Shown here piece after piece: positions 39,821 through 51,200 of a stretch of 64,000 bases of DNA. Source of the stretch: Candidatus Helarchaeota archaeon (GTDB taxonomy: Archaea > Asgardarchaeota > Lokiarchaeia > Helarchaeales > RDOG01); contig JAHPZH010000001.1 of assembly GCA_019058315.1 (NCBI GenBank), positions 1,297,432-1,361,431 of the forward strand, given 5' to 3'. The notes under the pieces are model-generated. The model saw only the letters and a list, made by a program, of their open reading frames with translations. It ran no database searches and was not told the origin of the DNA. A program made the translations under genes and the position numbers. Each line of letters opens with the position of its first letter. Within the stretch, counting starts at the first letter, position 1.

Positions 39821-40948
39821 CTAATTTTTTAAATAATTATTCTGTACATACTTTTCCAAACCTTCTAAAATACTTTTAGTTCCCTTGGTTTGATAAATTT
39901 CCATTAAATCATTATAAGTGGCAATTTTTCCAGTTCTTGCAGATAAATAGCCCATTAAAACAGTAGCAATAGCAAATTTTGCTTGTTCAGGGGTAAATTC
40001 AGGTTCTTTATCTTCTAAAATACAATTTGTAAAATAATCATCTTCGATTCTTGCTGATATCTCATAATATTTAGGAAAAACACCATGTTCAATTTCTGGC
40101 TCATACCAAAGTCCACGTTTATCTCCCAAATCTTTATGAAAGGAATTTATTTTAACTGGTTTTTCCCAAGCATGATTTTCAAGTATTGTCCCTTTTGTTC
40201 CATAAACTTCCATTGAATTAGTTGGAGGAGTTGTAACCGTGAAACTTACAACTGTTTCAGCAATAGTTCCTTTTTTGAATTTCAACATTATCAAGGCATT
40301 ATCCTCTGCTTTTTCAGCCAAATTGGTACATTGTTTCGTTATCCAGCTGTAGGCAGATTCGACTTGATCGTTTAAAATCCAATTCATTGTGGCAAATTTA
40401 TGAGCTCCCATATCCATTAAAGATCCACCTCCAGCTTTTATTGGATCTCCTTTCCAGAAACCTTGTTTCATAAGCCCTGGAATCTCATTAACACCCTCAT
40501 AAGCTCGTATTAAGAACACATCTCCTACCAATCCTTTTTGGACTGCCTCCATAATATATTTATGAGCGGGAAGAAATCGATGGTTTTCTGCAATCATGAA
40601 TTTAACTCCGGCATTACGTGTGACTTTAATCATTTCATCACAACCTTCAAGAGTAGTTGCCATTGGTTTTTCACAGAGAACATGTTTTCCCGATTCAGCT
40701 GCGGCTAATACCATTTCCTCATGCAAAAAATGTGGGACCATTATTAATACTGCATCTATATCACTATTAAGAAATGAATTAAGATTTGAATAAGCTTCCA
40801 TTTTAAAGGATTTGGCAGTTCTACTAGCTTTTTTTTCATCTATATCATAAACAGAAACGAATTTTATTTTTGAATTATTTTTACAACCAGCTCGATGAAA
40901 TTGCCAAGCAACTCCCGTGCCAATAACACCATATTTTACAACTTTCAT
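39821..40948 (-). CDS. Gfo/Idh/MocA family oxidoreductase
   Basis: GVIGTG, HVLCEKP and GGGSLMDMGAH. Confidence 0.9.
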   Translation of the reverse strand: MKVVKYGVIGTGVAWQFHRAGCKNNSKIKFVSVYDIDEKKASRTAKSFKMEAYSNLNSFLNSDIDAVLIMVPHFLHEEMVLAAAESGKHVLCEKPMATTLEGCDEMIKVTRNAGVKFMIAENHRFLPAHKYIMEAVQKGLVGDVFLIRAYEGVNEIPGLMKQGFWKGDPIKAGGGSLMDMGAHKFATMNWILNDQVESAYSWITKQCTNLAEKAEDNALIMLKFKKGTIAETVVSFTVTTPPTNSMEVYGTKGTILENHAWEKPVKINSFHKDLGDKRGLWYEPEIEHGVFPKYYEISARIEDDYFTNCILEDKEPEFTPEQAKFAIATVLMGYLSARTGKIATYNDLMEIYQTKGTKSILEGLEKYVQNNYLKN

Positions 40949-41036
40949 GGTAGAAATTTAAAGCACAATCTTTATATTAATTTTTTTAAAAGTCATTTCA
41001 TTATATTGTAGAATCTAGAAGAAGTTACGATTAATT

Positions 41037-41717
41037 TTGGTGTTAATATTGATAACTTTTATTAGTTTAGAGGATTTAAAGGATAAGAAACATGCACTAA
41101 TATTTCTTTCAGGAATTGGAGCTATATCATTCATAATTTTAACATTTATTGCTATGCTTTTTTATCCTAGACCTTACAATTTCTTTACTGATCATTTTAG
41201 TATGCTCGGTTTAATAAACGCTAATCCTTCATTTTTTGGACGTATTCCACCGGGTCTACCTCTTCCAAATCCCATTTCGTCCATTTTATTTATGAGCGCT
41301 TTGACAATTACGGCGGTTGCAACAGTTCCATTTTGGATTATAATTACCTCATTATTTGAGGAAAATAGAAATACCAAAATCTTAAGCAGATTCGGTTCAA
41401 TTGTAGGCTTAATTTCATCACCATTATTAATTGGAATCGCTTTTCCTGCAGATGTTTATCTTGAAATACATTCAATATCCACCATGTGGTTCTTTCTACT
41501 ATTTGCAGTAGCGATAATGATATATACTATCGCCATTTTTTTAAATGAAAACTATCCAAACGAATATGCCATCTTTGGAGTAATTGTGGTTGCAGTTGCA
41601 ATTCTTTATGTGTTTATCCCATTTACTCCATTAAATGCAATGCATCAAAAAATAGCAGTTTATTTATTTATTGCTTGGCCATTGCTTCAAGCTAAAAAAA
41701 TCTGGAATGAAATATGA
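41037..41717 (+). CDS. Multi-pass membrane protein, DUF998-like
   Basis: AM.FYP..YNF...FS.LG, G..FP.D...IH and QK motifs; ~6 TMs. Confidence 0.6.
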   Translation: MVLILITFISLEDLKDKKHALIFLSGIGAISFIILTFIAMLFYPRPYNFFTDHFSMLGLINANPSFFGRIPPGLPLPNPISSILFMSALTITAVATVPFWIIITSLFEENRNTKILSRFGSIVGLISSPLLIGIAFPADVYLEIHSISTMWFFLLFAVAIMIYTIAIFLNENYPNEYAIFGVIVVAVAILYVFIPFTPLNAMHQKIAVYLFIAWPLLQAKKIWNEI

Positions 41718-41747
41718 AAAACACTGCCAAATCTGTTAAGTTATTTC

Positions 41748-42308
41748 TCATTTGTTGAAAAAATCATATAAAACATCTTCATCTAAATGTGTTAACAAAT
41801 CTACACTTATATCTTGGATATTAACTTTCTGAGTTTCCTTTAGAACTATTTCTTCTGATTCTAACCCTCCAGAATACCAATGTTTTAAGAAACCTAAATG
41901 AGATATTTTTCCCGTATTAAACATTTCTCTAATAAAATCGATCCAACGATTTGCTAATTTATTTATCATTTCAGGCCAAAGATTTTTTCTAACTTTTTTT
42001 TTCTTTTTAGCGATTTTATCTTTAGCCCAATTTTCTATTTCTTCCTCAGTCCATCCTTTTTTACGTAATTTTTTGACTTTCTTTGAATCCATTAAGGCAG
42101 CTTGTCTTTGACTGGTAGAAAGGATGCCTAAAACAGTATCACAATCACAATAAGCCTTTGTAGCTCTAAAATATTTTTCTCCATGTAGTTGGGATTTAAT
42201 ATTTGGATTGTTAATTGGAGTAAAAGCCATCTCAAATTTATTAAATATTTGCTCAAATGCTCCTTTATTAGTATTTTTTGGTAATATCGCAGTAATATAA
42301 TAACACAT
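41748..42308 (-). CDS. Hypothetical protein (N-terminal Cys, YCDC motif, Lys-rich insert)
   Basis: 186-aa ORF filling the gap between genes. Confidence 0.65.
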   Translation of the reverse strand: MCYYITAILPKNTNKGAFEQIFNKFEMAFTPINNPNIKSQLHGEKYFRATKAYCDCDTVLGILSTSQRQAALMDSKKVKKLRKKGWTEEEIENWAKDKIAKKKKKVRKNLWPEMINKLANRWIDFIREMFNTGKISHLGFLKHWYSGGLESEEIVLKETQKVNIQDISVDLLTHLDEDVLYDFFNK

Positions 42309-42423
42309 TTTTACACATTCCTAGATCAAGTATTAAAAATAAATAATAAAAGGCATAAGAATTATCGCTTAATTTTTTATATTTTTAATATAATTTGAAA
42401 TAAAAATATATTGAGATGTTAAT

Positions 42424-42840
42424 TTGACAGAAGAAATGAAAAAGTGGCATGCTCCCTGCGGGATTTATTGTAAAAGATGTCCAGGAATAAAAGTCTATAA
42501 TTGTAAAGGATGTCGAGAACAAAAAGGTCAAATTTCAAAACTGCCAATCTGTAAGACTTTTGAATGTGTAACAAGTAAAGGGTACGAATTTTGTTATGAA
42601 TGTGAAGATTTTCCTTGTGAAATGCTCCAACCAATTGTCAACTTTGAAATTTTTGTTCCTCATAATTCGAAAGTATACAATTTAGTAGAAATAAAGAAAT
42701 TAGGTTTGGAAGAATGGAATAAAATTTGTGAAGAAAAAACCACATTATATTACAAGGGAAAGAAAGTAAAGTATGGTGGCGACCCGCTGACCCTAGAGAA
42801 AAAAGATAAAAATATGTACAAAAAGAAAAAGAGAGATTAG
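42424..42840 (+). CDS. Cys-rich protein, DUF3795-like
   Basis: APCGIYCKRC, CKGC, C...C and FCYECEDFPC. Confidence 0.8.
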   Translation: MTEEMKKWHAPCGIYCKRCPGIKVYNCKGCREQKGQISKLPICKTFECVTSKGYEFCYECEDFPCEMLQPIVNFEIFVPHNSKVYNLVEIKKLGLEEWNKICEEKTTLYYKGKKVKYGGDPLTLEKKDKNMYKKKKRD

Positions 42841-42846
42841 AAATAA

Positions 42847-45800
42847 TTAATTTTCAAATAACCTCTGAATAAATTTTCCAATTTTTGAAAAAATTTCTAC
42901 ATCTCCATTAAAGGTCTCGAATTCTTCCTTATAAAAATCTTCTATATCCCGAACTAATTGAATTAATTTATTCCTTAAAGTTGCTAAATTTTCTTCAGTT
43001 ATCAATGCAGTAGTTATATAATCCCCATGTTCGAGGAGAATAGTCATTTCTTCTTGTTCTATTATTTTTATTTTTGTCCTATTTCTAGTCATTTCTTGTA
43101 TTAACATTGAAATTCCCGTTAAACCACCAGCAACTAGTTGAGGTTCAATTTCTTCTGTCGATTTAAAAGAATAATCATGGAGAAGGATGCCACTTTTTGG
43201 TAAAAACACATATAGAAAATGAATTCTTTTAGACCAACTTAATTCCGATTCAGTTTGGAGGTCTGTTTGAGACATTTCATCAATATTTACTGAGGAGCTT
43301 ATTTCAACAGGGCAAGTTGGGGCTGAAATGCCTACACTACTTGCCGAAACTTCAGGTTTTTCAATAATTTCTAATGCAGAGGCAAGGATAGACTTTTCAT
43401 TCCTAACCATTTCAAGATAATTTTGAATTTCTTTTTTCTTTTGCACATATCCCGCATTTTCAAATATTTTTAAAGCTGTATTTAAATAATTTGTGGCTAT
43501 TACCAAATATTGATTTTTTTTATTAAAATCTATTTCATTATCGGCTTGAATTAAATGCCACACACCGTCAAAATAGGTTGAAATCGCCATTGCCCAAGTA
43601 GCATCCGGTTTAAATCCACCTAATTGATAATTTTTTGCTGATTCCCTCAGATACATTTTGACTTTCTTATAATAATCAATTTTTTGCTCAAACAAGGCTT
43701 CAAGATCAAATAATACTCCGTTTTCTAGAGCCTTACAAAATAAAGAATTGCCTAAAGATAATTTTTTCATTTTACTTTCTGGAAAGATTTCGCTTGCCTT
43801 TTTAAAAAGATCGGATGCGATAGCAAAAAGATTCGATTTATGCTCTACTTCTGCCCGTTCCATATTTTCCCAAGCCTTACATAGATAAAAAACTGCTGTT
43901 AACTCATCTCTTTCCCGCTTAATCTTAAATTGCTGACAAATGTTTTCAAAGAGAGAGCTTGCTTTATTATAAAGCTCTGCTGAGTGTAGATGGTTTCCTT
44001 TTTTACTTTCTAGTCTTGAGTTTTCTATTTGCTGACGGGCTTCGCAATAAGATTCTCTAATCTTTGCGACTTCAATTAAATCTGAAATTCTTTTAATATC
44101 CTCTGGAGATTTTTTCTTTTTTAAGTATGCATTAAGAGTTTCTGTAGCAGTTATGAATTTATTTTTAGAAACTAAATACGTTGCTGCTGCTTCTTCGTGA
44201 TTATTTTGTTTACTTAAATTTTCTGCATTTTCCAATATAGCCCATGCACTATAAAAAGGTGCTTCAAATTTATATTCACGAACATTATTTAAAATTCGAC
44301 TTGCTTCCTCATAATTTAGTTGTGCGTTATTATGGTCCTCTGTTGCATGGTATGATTTAGCTTTTTCAATAATACTCCAAGCTTGTAAATAATTGTTTAA
44401 TTTCTCTATTTTTTTACCCAATTTGCTGTAAGTAAGAGTTAATATGGCTTGATTGAATGAATCAATTGCTTTTTGATAATTATCTGCAGCAGAATGAAAA
44501 TTACCAAGTCTATCTTCTATTTGGGCGAGATTTACAAATCCCGATCCTACTAAATTAAAAAATCCTCTATTTTTGCAGAATTCTATGGCATCATAATATG
44601 CTAAACTTGATTCTTTGAATAATTTATCATCTTCAGTTAAAATTGCTAGCTCATAATAAATTTCTCCAATAAAAAATAAATTTTCAATGTAAAACCTGAA
44701 GAAACCACCGATATGATCTTTCCCCTTTATACAGAGTTCCAATGCTTTTTGATAATAATTAATCTTTTCTGACTGACTCAAGGCATTTTGTGCCATTATA
44801 ATACCAGTTCTAGAGGTATGGTTTAGATGAAATATGTAAACTTGAGTTTTATCCAATTTTTGAAAATTATAAGTTGAAAGTTCATTAAATATTCTAGTAG
44901 CTATTTGCAAATAATTGAAACTTTCTGTTTTTTCTTTAATTAAATCAGCTAATATCGCATTCGACAAGCAGGAATAAATTGATTTCACTAGGTTATACAT
45001 TTTATAATCTGGGTTATTTGCTATAGAAATTTTTTTTAATAGTTCGATTGAATTTAATGTTCTTTTTGCGAAATCAATTCTTGAAATAGGTGGAGTAGAA
45101 GGATTAATGGCACCAAGTGAAAGAATAACCATAGCATAAACAATTGCAGCTATAATTGTTATCCGAGGGAAATGAATAAATAACGATTTATGATATGATT
45201 CCAAATTCGCCATTACATGTTTAAAATCACTGGCAAAATAACCAATATATATTAAAAGTATTGCATTAGTAAATCGCATAAAATAAAATAATGTTAAAGG
45301 TGTTGTTGCATTGATTTTTTCTAATAAAACTTCTGCTTTTTTAAGCCATTTTTGAGCTGCTTTTATATATTTTTTTTGATCGAATTGATCAATTTCAGTA
45401 AATGCACCAACAATTGTATTCAAAAAAGAATAAACTGAATAAGCACCAAATAATAGCAATATCTTTGATTCTTCAATAACCTCAATAATTTTTCCAACTA
45501 GGTCAATAAACTCAATAAAATATTGTTTTCTTATTGATTCTTCAATCGGTAAGGAAAATATAGACCATATACAGAATTCAGTAACACTAATTAAATAATA
45601 ATAATTATAAATTTCAGAAAATTCTGGTTGTTTTAATATATCTTCTGTTATTTCTGTCGTTAAATTTCTAAAATCTAAAGCCAGTTTCTTGAAATCTGTA
45701 TTTTCATCAATACGAATACTTTTTTCACCAATTATTAAATTCAAGGCTCTATGTTCAAAAACTGCCATTTTTAAGGAATCTATAATATTTCCAGAATTCT

Positions 45801-46233
45801 TATAGATTTGTTTTGCTTTTTCAAAATGTGATTGAGCAGAATTTAATAGAATATTTTCCTTTCCTATTTCTGATTCAGATTCTGATATATATTTTAAAAG
45901 ATTGATAAAACCTAAGGCTGCATTTACTTTTTCTTCTCTTTTTAATTCTTTGAAAACATCATGTGCTTTATTAAAATAAGAAATCGATAACTGAAAGCAA
46001 TTTAAGACTTTTTCTTCTTCTTTTTCGAAATCTGAAGCGATGTAATAGATTTCACCCATTCTATAATAGATTTTCCCTTCAATTTCTTTATTTTTTGTTT
46101 CTGAACTAATTTTTTCTGCTTCTTTCAAAATTTCAATAGCATTATACCAATTATATTTAAATTCCTCTTCTTCAGCTTTTTGGAAAAGTTCAGTAATTTG
46201 ATCTAATCCACTACTTTGTGAGGAATTTGACAT
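42847..46233 (-). CDS. TPR/SNAP-like solenoid + C-terminal longin-like domain protein (paralogue 4)
   Basis: Collinear with 3345 and 6979. Confidence 0.85.
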   Translation of the reverse strand: MSNSSQSSGLDQITELFQKAEEEEFKYNWYNAIEILKEAEKISSETKNKEIEGKIYYRMGEIYYIASDFEKEEEKVLNCFQLSISYFNKAHDVFKELKREEKVNAALGFINLLKYISESESEIGKENILLNSAQSHFEKAKQIYKNSGNIIDSLKMAVFEHRALNLIIGEKSIRIDENTDFKKLALDFRNLTTEITEDILKQPEFSEIYNYYYLISVTEFCIWSIFSLPIEESIRKQYFIEFIDLVGKIIEVIEESKILLLFGAYSVYSFLNTIVGAFTEIDQFDQKKYIKAAQKWLKKAEVLLEKINATTPLTLFYFMRFTNAILLIYIGYFASDFKHVMANLESYHKSLFIHFPRITIIAAIVYAMVILSLGAINPSTPPISRIDFAKRTLNSIELLKKISIANNPDYKMYNLVKSIYSCLSNAILADLIKEKTESFNYLQIATRIFNELSTYNFQKLDKTQVYIFHLNHTSRTGIIMAQNALSQSEKINYYQKALELCIKGKDHIGGFFRFYIENLFFIGEIYYELAILTEDDKLFKESSLAYYDAIEFCKNRGFFNLVGSGFVNLAQIEDRLGNFHSAADNYQKAIDSFNQAILTLTYSKLGKKIEKLNNYLQAWSIIEKAKSYHATEDHNNAQLNYEEASRILNNVREYKFEAPFYSAWAILENAENLSKQNNHEEAAATYLVSKNKFITATETLNAYLKKKKSPEDIKRISDLIEVAKIRESYCEARQQIENSRLESKKGNHLHSAELYNKASSLFENICQQFKIKRERDELTAVFYLCKAWENMERAEVEHKSNLFAIASDLFKKASEIFPESKMKKLSLGNSLFCKALENGVLFDLEALFEQKIDYYKKVKMYLRESAKNYQLGGFKPDATWAMAISTYFDGVWHLIQADNEIDFNKKNQYLVIATNYLNTALKIFENAGYVQKKKEIQNYLEMVRNEKSILASALEIIEKPEVSASSVGISAPTCPVEISSSVNIDEMSQTDLQTESELSWSKRIHFLYVFLPKSGILLHDYSFKSTEEIEPQLVAGGLTGISMLIQEMTRNRTKIKIIEQEEMTILLEHGDYITTALITEENLATLRNKLIQLVRDIEDFYKEEFETFNGDVEIFSKIGKFIQRLFEN

Positions 46234-46382
46234 AATTAATCAAGATAAATTTTCTGTTTATAATATTACTGTAATCAAGGATGCGAATTTAATGGAAAAA
46301 CCCGACTATCTACTACTTTTAAAATTTCTAACTGAAAATCATTAAACGAAAAGTTGATTATTAAAATAAAATAAGTTATTAT

Positions 46383-47228
46383 ATGATACTATTCTGTGAC
46401 AATCATGGCGATTTGGAAGTTTTAAAGGAAATATTAAAATTAGAGGGCGGAGAGAAGGTTTGTTTAGGGGATTTAGTGGCTTATGGTCCCAAATCGCGGG
46501 AATGTGTTGAATTAGCGAAGGAATATAAAGATGTCACTTTCCTTAAAGGAAATTGGGAAGCAATAATTACAGGGGAAACAGTTTCAAACCGGCAATTTGT
46601 GACTCTAAACACATGTGAAAATTTAGTAAGAACACTACTAGATTTTTATCCAAAGGATGGAATTTTACAATTTGTTAACCAAAATTCTCATTTTGAAATT
46701 TTACATCCCTTTATAGATGAACCAAACAAGATTCATAAAATTAAGGCAAAAATATTCATCAAGGATTTTTATTTTAATCGTTTAGAATTTCTGCCATTTC
46801 GATTAAGACCGTATTTTCCTAATAATTCTTTAATTTCTTGGTTAGATTCGCTAGAATTGAGCTACAAGTTATCGGTTGATGCTATCGCGACCCATGGGGG
46901 ATTAAGCAATAATTATGACCTATTCACTTCTACATACCACGAATTCACTGCTACGTATGAGAAAGCTCAAAAACAAATAGAATTGGCAAAAAAATATTAC
47001 AATGTTGGAAAAATTTTTCACGCACATACGCATTTCCCAACAATTATTGTGGGTAATAATTATTATAGTAATAAAAAAGTTAAATGGGATTATGATTATC
47101 CATTAAATGAAATACCTTACGCAAGTCTCCCAGCGACTGGAAATTTTATAAGAACGAAGGGAATTTTTCAAACAGGATACATCAAGATTGAAAAGGAGGA
47201 GAATTCACTAAAATTTATTAAATTATAA
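46383..47228 (+). CDS. Calcineurin-like metallophosphoesterase
   Basis: DNHG, GDLVAYGP, GNWE, HG and HTH motifs. Confidence 0.85.
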   Translation: MILFCDNHGDLEVLKEILKLEGGEKVCLGDLVAYGPKSRECVELAKEYKDVTFLKGNWEAIITGETVSNRQFVTLNTCENLVRTLLDFYPKDGILQFVNQNSHFEILHPFIDEPNKIHKIKAKIFIKDFYFNRLEFLPFRLRPYFPNNSLISWLDSLELSYKLSVDAIATHGGLSNNYDLFTSTYHEFTATYEKAQKQIELAKKYYNVGKIFHAHTHFPTIIVGNNYYSNKKVKWDYDYPLNEIPYASLPATGNFIRTKGIFQTGYIKIEKEENSLKFIKL

Positions 47229-47280
47229 ACAATTTCAATTAAATTATAAAAAAAGTAGTAAAGTAGGGAGAGATAAAATT

Positions 47281-48132
47281 CTAAACATTAAATGTTTCAA
47301 GATCTACGCCTAGAGCTGCTGCTACATCCTCCGCAAGTTTTTCAGATTGCTCACGAGGTGGACCAGTAGTTAAACCACCATCCACTAAAATAGCAGACCC
47401 ATTAACAAAGCTGGAGTCTTCACTTGCAAGCCAAACTGCAGCTTTAGCGATATCCTCTGGTAGACCAGCACGCTTAATCGGTTGAATTTGTGCTAATATC
47501 GGTTTAATTTTAGGGATCAATTCTAATGCTCTTTCTTGCGTTAATCCAAGACCTCTACCAAAAACTGCTGTTGCTATCCCCCCAGGACAAATACAATTAA
47601 CACGTATACCAAGCTCACCAACTTCCCGGGCTACTGTGCGAGTCATATGAATAATTGCTGCTTTTGCTGCACTATACGCATGAGAGGCATATCCCGCACT
47701 GATTCCTGCAACACTCCCAGTATTAATAATACATCCTGAACCTTGTTTTTGCATTAATTTAATTGCATGTTTCATTCCTAAAAATGTACCACGTAAATGA
47801 ACCGCAATTATACTATCAAATGCTTTCGTTGAAAATGTTGCAAACTCTGGTTCTAATCGATCAAAACCGGCGTTATTATACATACAATCGAGCCTATTAT
47901 ATTCTTTTTTAGCATATCGAATGACAGCTCTAACATTTTTTTCGTCAGTGACATCCGTATGAAAAAAATTCACATCTGAACCAAGATTTTTGGCTAATTT
48001 TTCACCAGAATCATCTTGAATATCCGCAATTATTACCTTGGCACCTTCTTTGGAAAAAAGTCGAACCCCGGCTTCACCAATTCCACTAACCCCACCGGTT
48101 ATAATAGCAATTTTACCATCCAGTTTACCCAA
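47281..48132 (-). CDS. Short-chain dehydrogenase/reductase
   Basis: TGGVSGIG, NNAG, YSAAK and IRVNCICPG. Confidence 0.93.
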   Translation of the reverse strand: MGKLDGKIAIITGGVSGIGEAGVRLFSKEGAKVIIADIQDDSGEKLAKNLGSDVNFFHTDVTDEKNVRAVIRYAKKEYNRLDCMYNNAGFDRLEPEFATFSTKAFDSIIAVHLRGTFLGMKHAIKLMQKQGSGCIINTGSVAGISAGYASHAYSAAKAAIIHMTRTVAREVGELGIRVNCICPGGIATAVFGRGLGLTQERALELIPKIKPILAQIQPIKRAGLPEDIAKAAVWLASEDSSFVNGSAILVDGGLTTGPPREQSEKLAEDVAAALGVDLETFNV

Positions 48133-48207
48133 TTTATCATCAACTCAAAAAGAATTTTGAAATTGAATTATGATATATGAATCTAACTAATAAAATTAAT
48201 TAAAAAA

Positions 48208-51200
48208 TTATTTTTTGAAGATTTTTTGAACGAATTTGTCAATTTTAGAAAAAGGTCTAATATCTCCTTGAAAATTTTCCAATTCTTCACTAAAAAAGTC
48301 TTCTACATCATTAATTAAATCTTTTAATTTATTCCTTAAAGTTTTAAGATTTTCTTCTGCTATTAAAGCTGCACTAACATAATTCCCGTGTTCGAGGATT
48401 ATTGACAATTCTTCTTGTTCAATTATTTTTATTTTTGTTTCGCTTTTAGTTACTTCTTTTATTAGCTCAAAAAGACCTGCTAATCCTCCAGAAACAAATT
48501 GGGCTTCAGATTCTTCGATAACACCAGATTTAAAGGGATATTGGTAAATACTCTCACCTTGAGGTAAAAATAAATAAATATGATGTAATCTTTTATACCA
48601 ATTTTTCTCAGATTCTGTTTGGAAATCGGTCAATTGCATTTCTTCAATATTTGCTGACGTACTGATTTCTATGGGGCATGAAGGTGCTGAAATCCCTATT
48701 GAACTAGCTGAAATAGCTGGTTTTTCAATGATATTAGATGCTGTTGTAAGTATCATTTTTTCTTTTTTGATCATATCTAAATATTGAGAAATTTCTTCAC
48801 TTCTTCTCTTGGATCCGACTTCACTGAAGAGATTTTGTGCTGTAGTAAGGTAATTTGTTGCAACATTTAAATCCCTATTCTTTTTAGTAAAATCGAGTTC
48901 ATTGTCAGCTTGAATTAGATGCCATAATCCATCAAAATAAGTCCCAGTTGCTAAAGCCCATTTTGCATCTTCCTTGAAACCCCCTAGTTGATAATTTTTC
49001 GATGCTTCCCTTAAAAATGTTTTAATCTTTTTGTAGAAATTAGTTTTTTCATTTAAATCAGTAGATTTATCAAATAGAATTCTATTTTCAAGCGCTGAAC
49101 AGAAAATAGAATTTCCTAAGGATAATTTCTTCATTTTAACAGTTGGAAAATTTTCACTAGCTTTATTAAATAAATAAGAAGCTATAGCAAATTGTTTTGA
49201 ATCCTGTTTTAATTCCGCTTTTTCCATGTTTTCCCAAGCCTTACATAAATAAAGAGTTGCGGTTAATTCATCTTTTTCCCGTTTTATCTTAAATTTATGA
49301 CAAATAGTTTCAAATAATGAACTGGCTTTATTGTAAAGCTCAGCAGCTAGTAAATGATTTCCATTTTTACTTTCTATTCTTGCAGTTTCAATATGATGTC
49401 GAGCGGTGCAATAATTTTTTCTGGTTTCCCCAACTTGAATTAATTTTTGAATTCTTTCAATATTTTCCGGGGATTTTTTCTTTAGAAATGAATCTAAATT
49501 TTGAATTGCATTTTCAAAACTTTTTTTTGCCTCTAGATATGTTTCTGCAGCCTCCTGATACATACCTCTTTTACTAATATCTTCTGCTTTCTCTAAAATG
49601 CTCCACGCAGAATAAAAGGGTGATTCATATTTATATTCACGAATTTTATTCAATATCTGGCTTGCTTTTACATAATTTTCTTGTGCTTTTATATGATTTT
49701 CATTCGTATGTTCATTTTTTGCGATTTCGATAATTTCCCATGCATTGACATAACTTTTTAATTTATTAATAGTTTTTCCGGCTTTAATATACGTTAGAGT
49801 CATTAAAGCTCTATCAAATGCGTCACTTGCTTTTTTATAATTATCTGCAGCGGCAGTGTAATTACATAATCGGTCTTCAATTTGTGCAAGATAAATATAT
49901 CCCGATCCGACTAAATTTGAATATCCTTGATCTTTACAAAATGTTATTGCATCATTATATGCCACGATTCCCTTATTAAACATATCACCATTTGTTAATA
50001 TTCCCAATTCATAATATGTTTCTCCAATCATAAACAAATTTTCAATGTAATACCATGTTTCCTCATAAATATGCTTTTTTAAAAAGAATTCAAGCGATTT
50101 TTTTAGATAATTTACCTTTTCTGATTTATCTTTTGAATGTTTTGCTAATAATAATCCAATTCTTGGATAACAATACCCAAAGACATGGCTATAATTATAA
50201 GATCGTTCCTTTGTAACTCCAATATAATTCGAAATCTCATTAAAATATTCAATAGCACTTTGTAAATGCTTGTTTCTTTTTATATCCTCAAATATATCTC
50301 CCAATCCTATATGACCCACACATAAAAGAGCTTTATAAAATTGATTATATAAAATATAATTTGGATCAATCATTATTGGAATTCTAAAATTTGTTAACAT
50401 ATCCAATATCCTATTAGCAAACTCCACTCGTTGAATACTTAACGTTGCACGACTCATAGCCCCGATCATGAAGGTAAATGCACTATAAAAAACCCCATGT
50501 GCTGCCATAATTTTAGGAAAATGTAATTTACTAGCATTAATACTTTTTTCTAAGTCTTGTAGAATTAAATTAACATCTTTTGCGAAAAAACCAATAGAAA
50601 TTAAGAACATTGCAGTGGAGAATCGCGAGTAATAAAAAAATATTAAACCTGAAACGGGGATGCTTTTTGATAAGAATTCATCTCCTTTCTTTGCGGCCTT
50701 TTGAGCTCTATTTAAATATTTTTTTTGTTCAAATTGACTCAGTGCAAAATACGCACTAAAAATAAAATTAAAAAATAAATTAGCAGCATATGAAAAAAAT
50801 AACCAAGGAAGTTTATTCGATTTTTTAAATTTACTAATTAATTCATCAGATAATTCTAGCCAATTGAGGACATGTTGTTTTATATTTTTTTTATCAATTG
50901 GTGAATAGACAATAAGCCATGCAGTATATTCCTCAATACTAATTAAAAAATGATAGAAGCAAATTTCAGGTACATTTTGTTCCTTTCTTAATTCATCCCA
51001 TATGTTTTCTAGAGTAATTTTAAATTCTAAAGATAAATCATCAAAATTTGCATTTTTATCATTTCTAATACATTTTTCAGCAAAAATCAATTCTTGTGTT
51101 CTGTTTTCTAGAACTGCCATTTTTAATGATTCTATTCCATTTCCTTTTTTGGTATTTAGGATTTTTGCATCATGAAAATTTTTTTTAGCAGATTCAAGTA

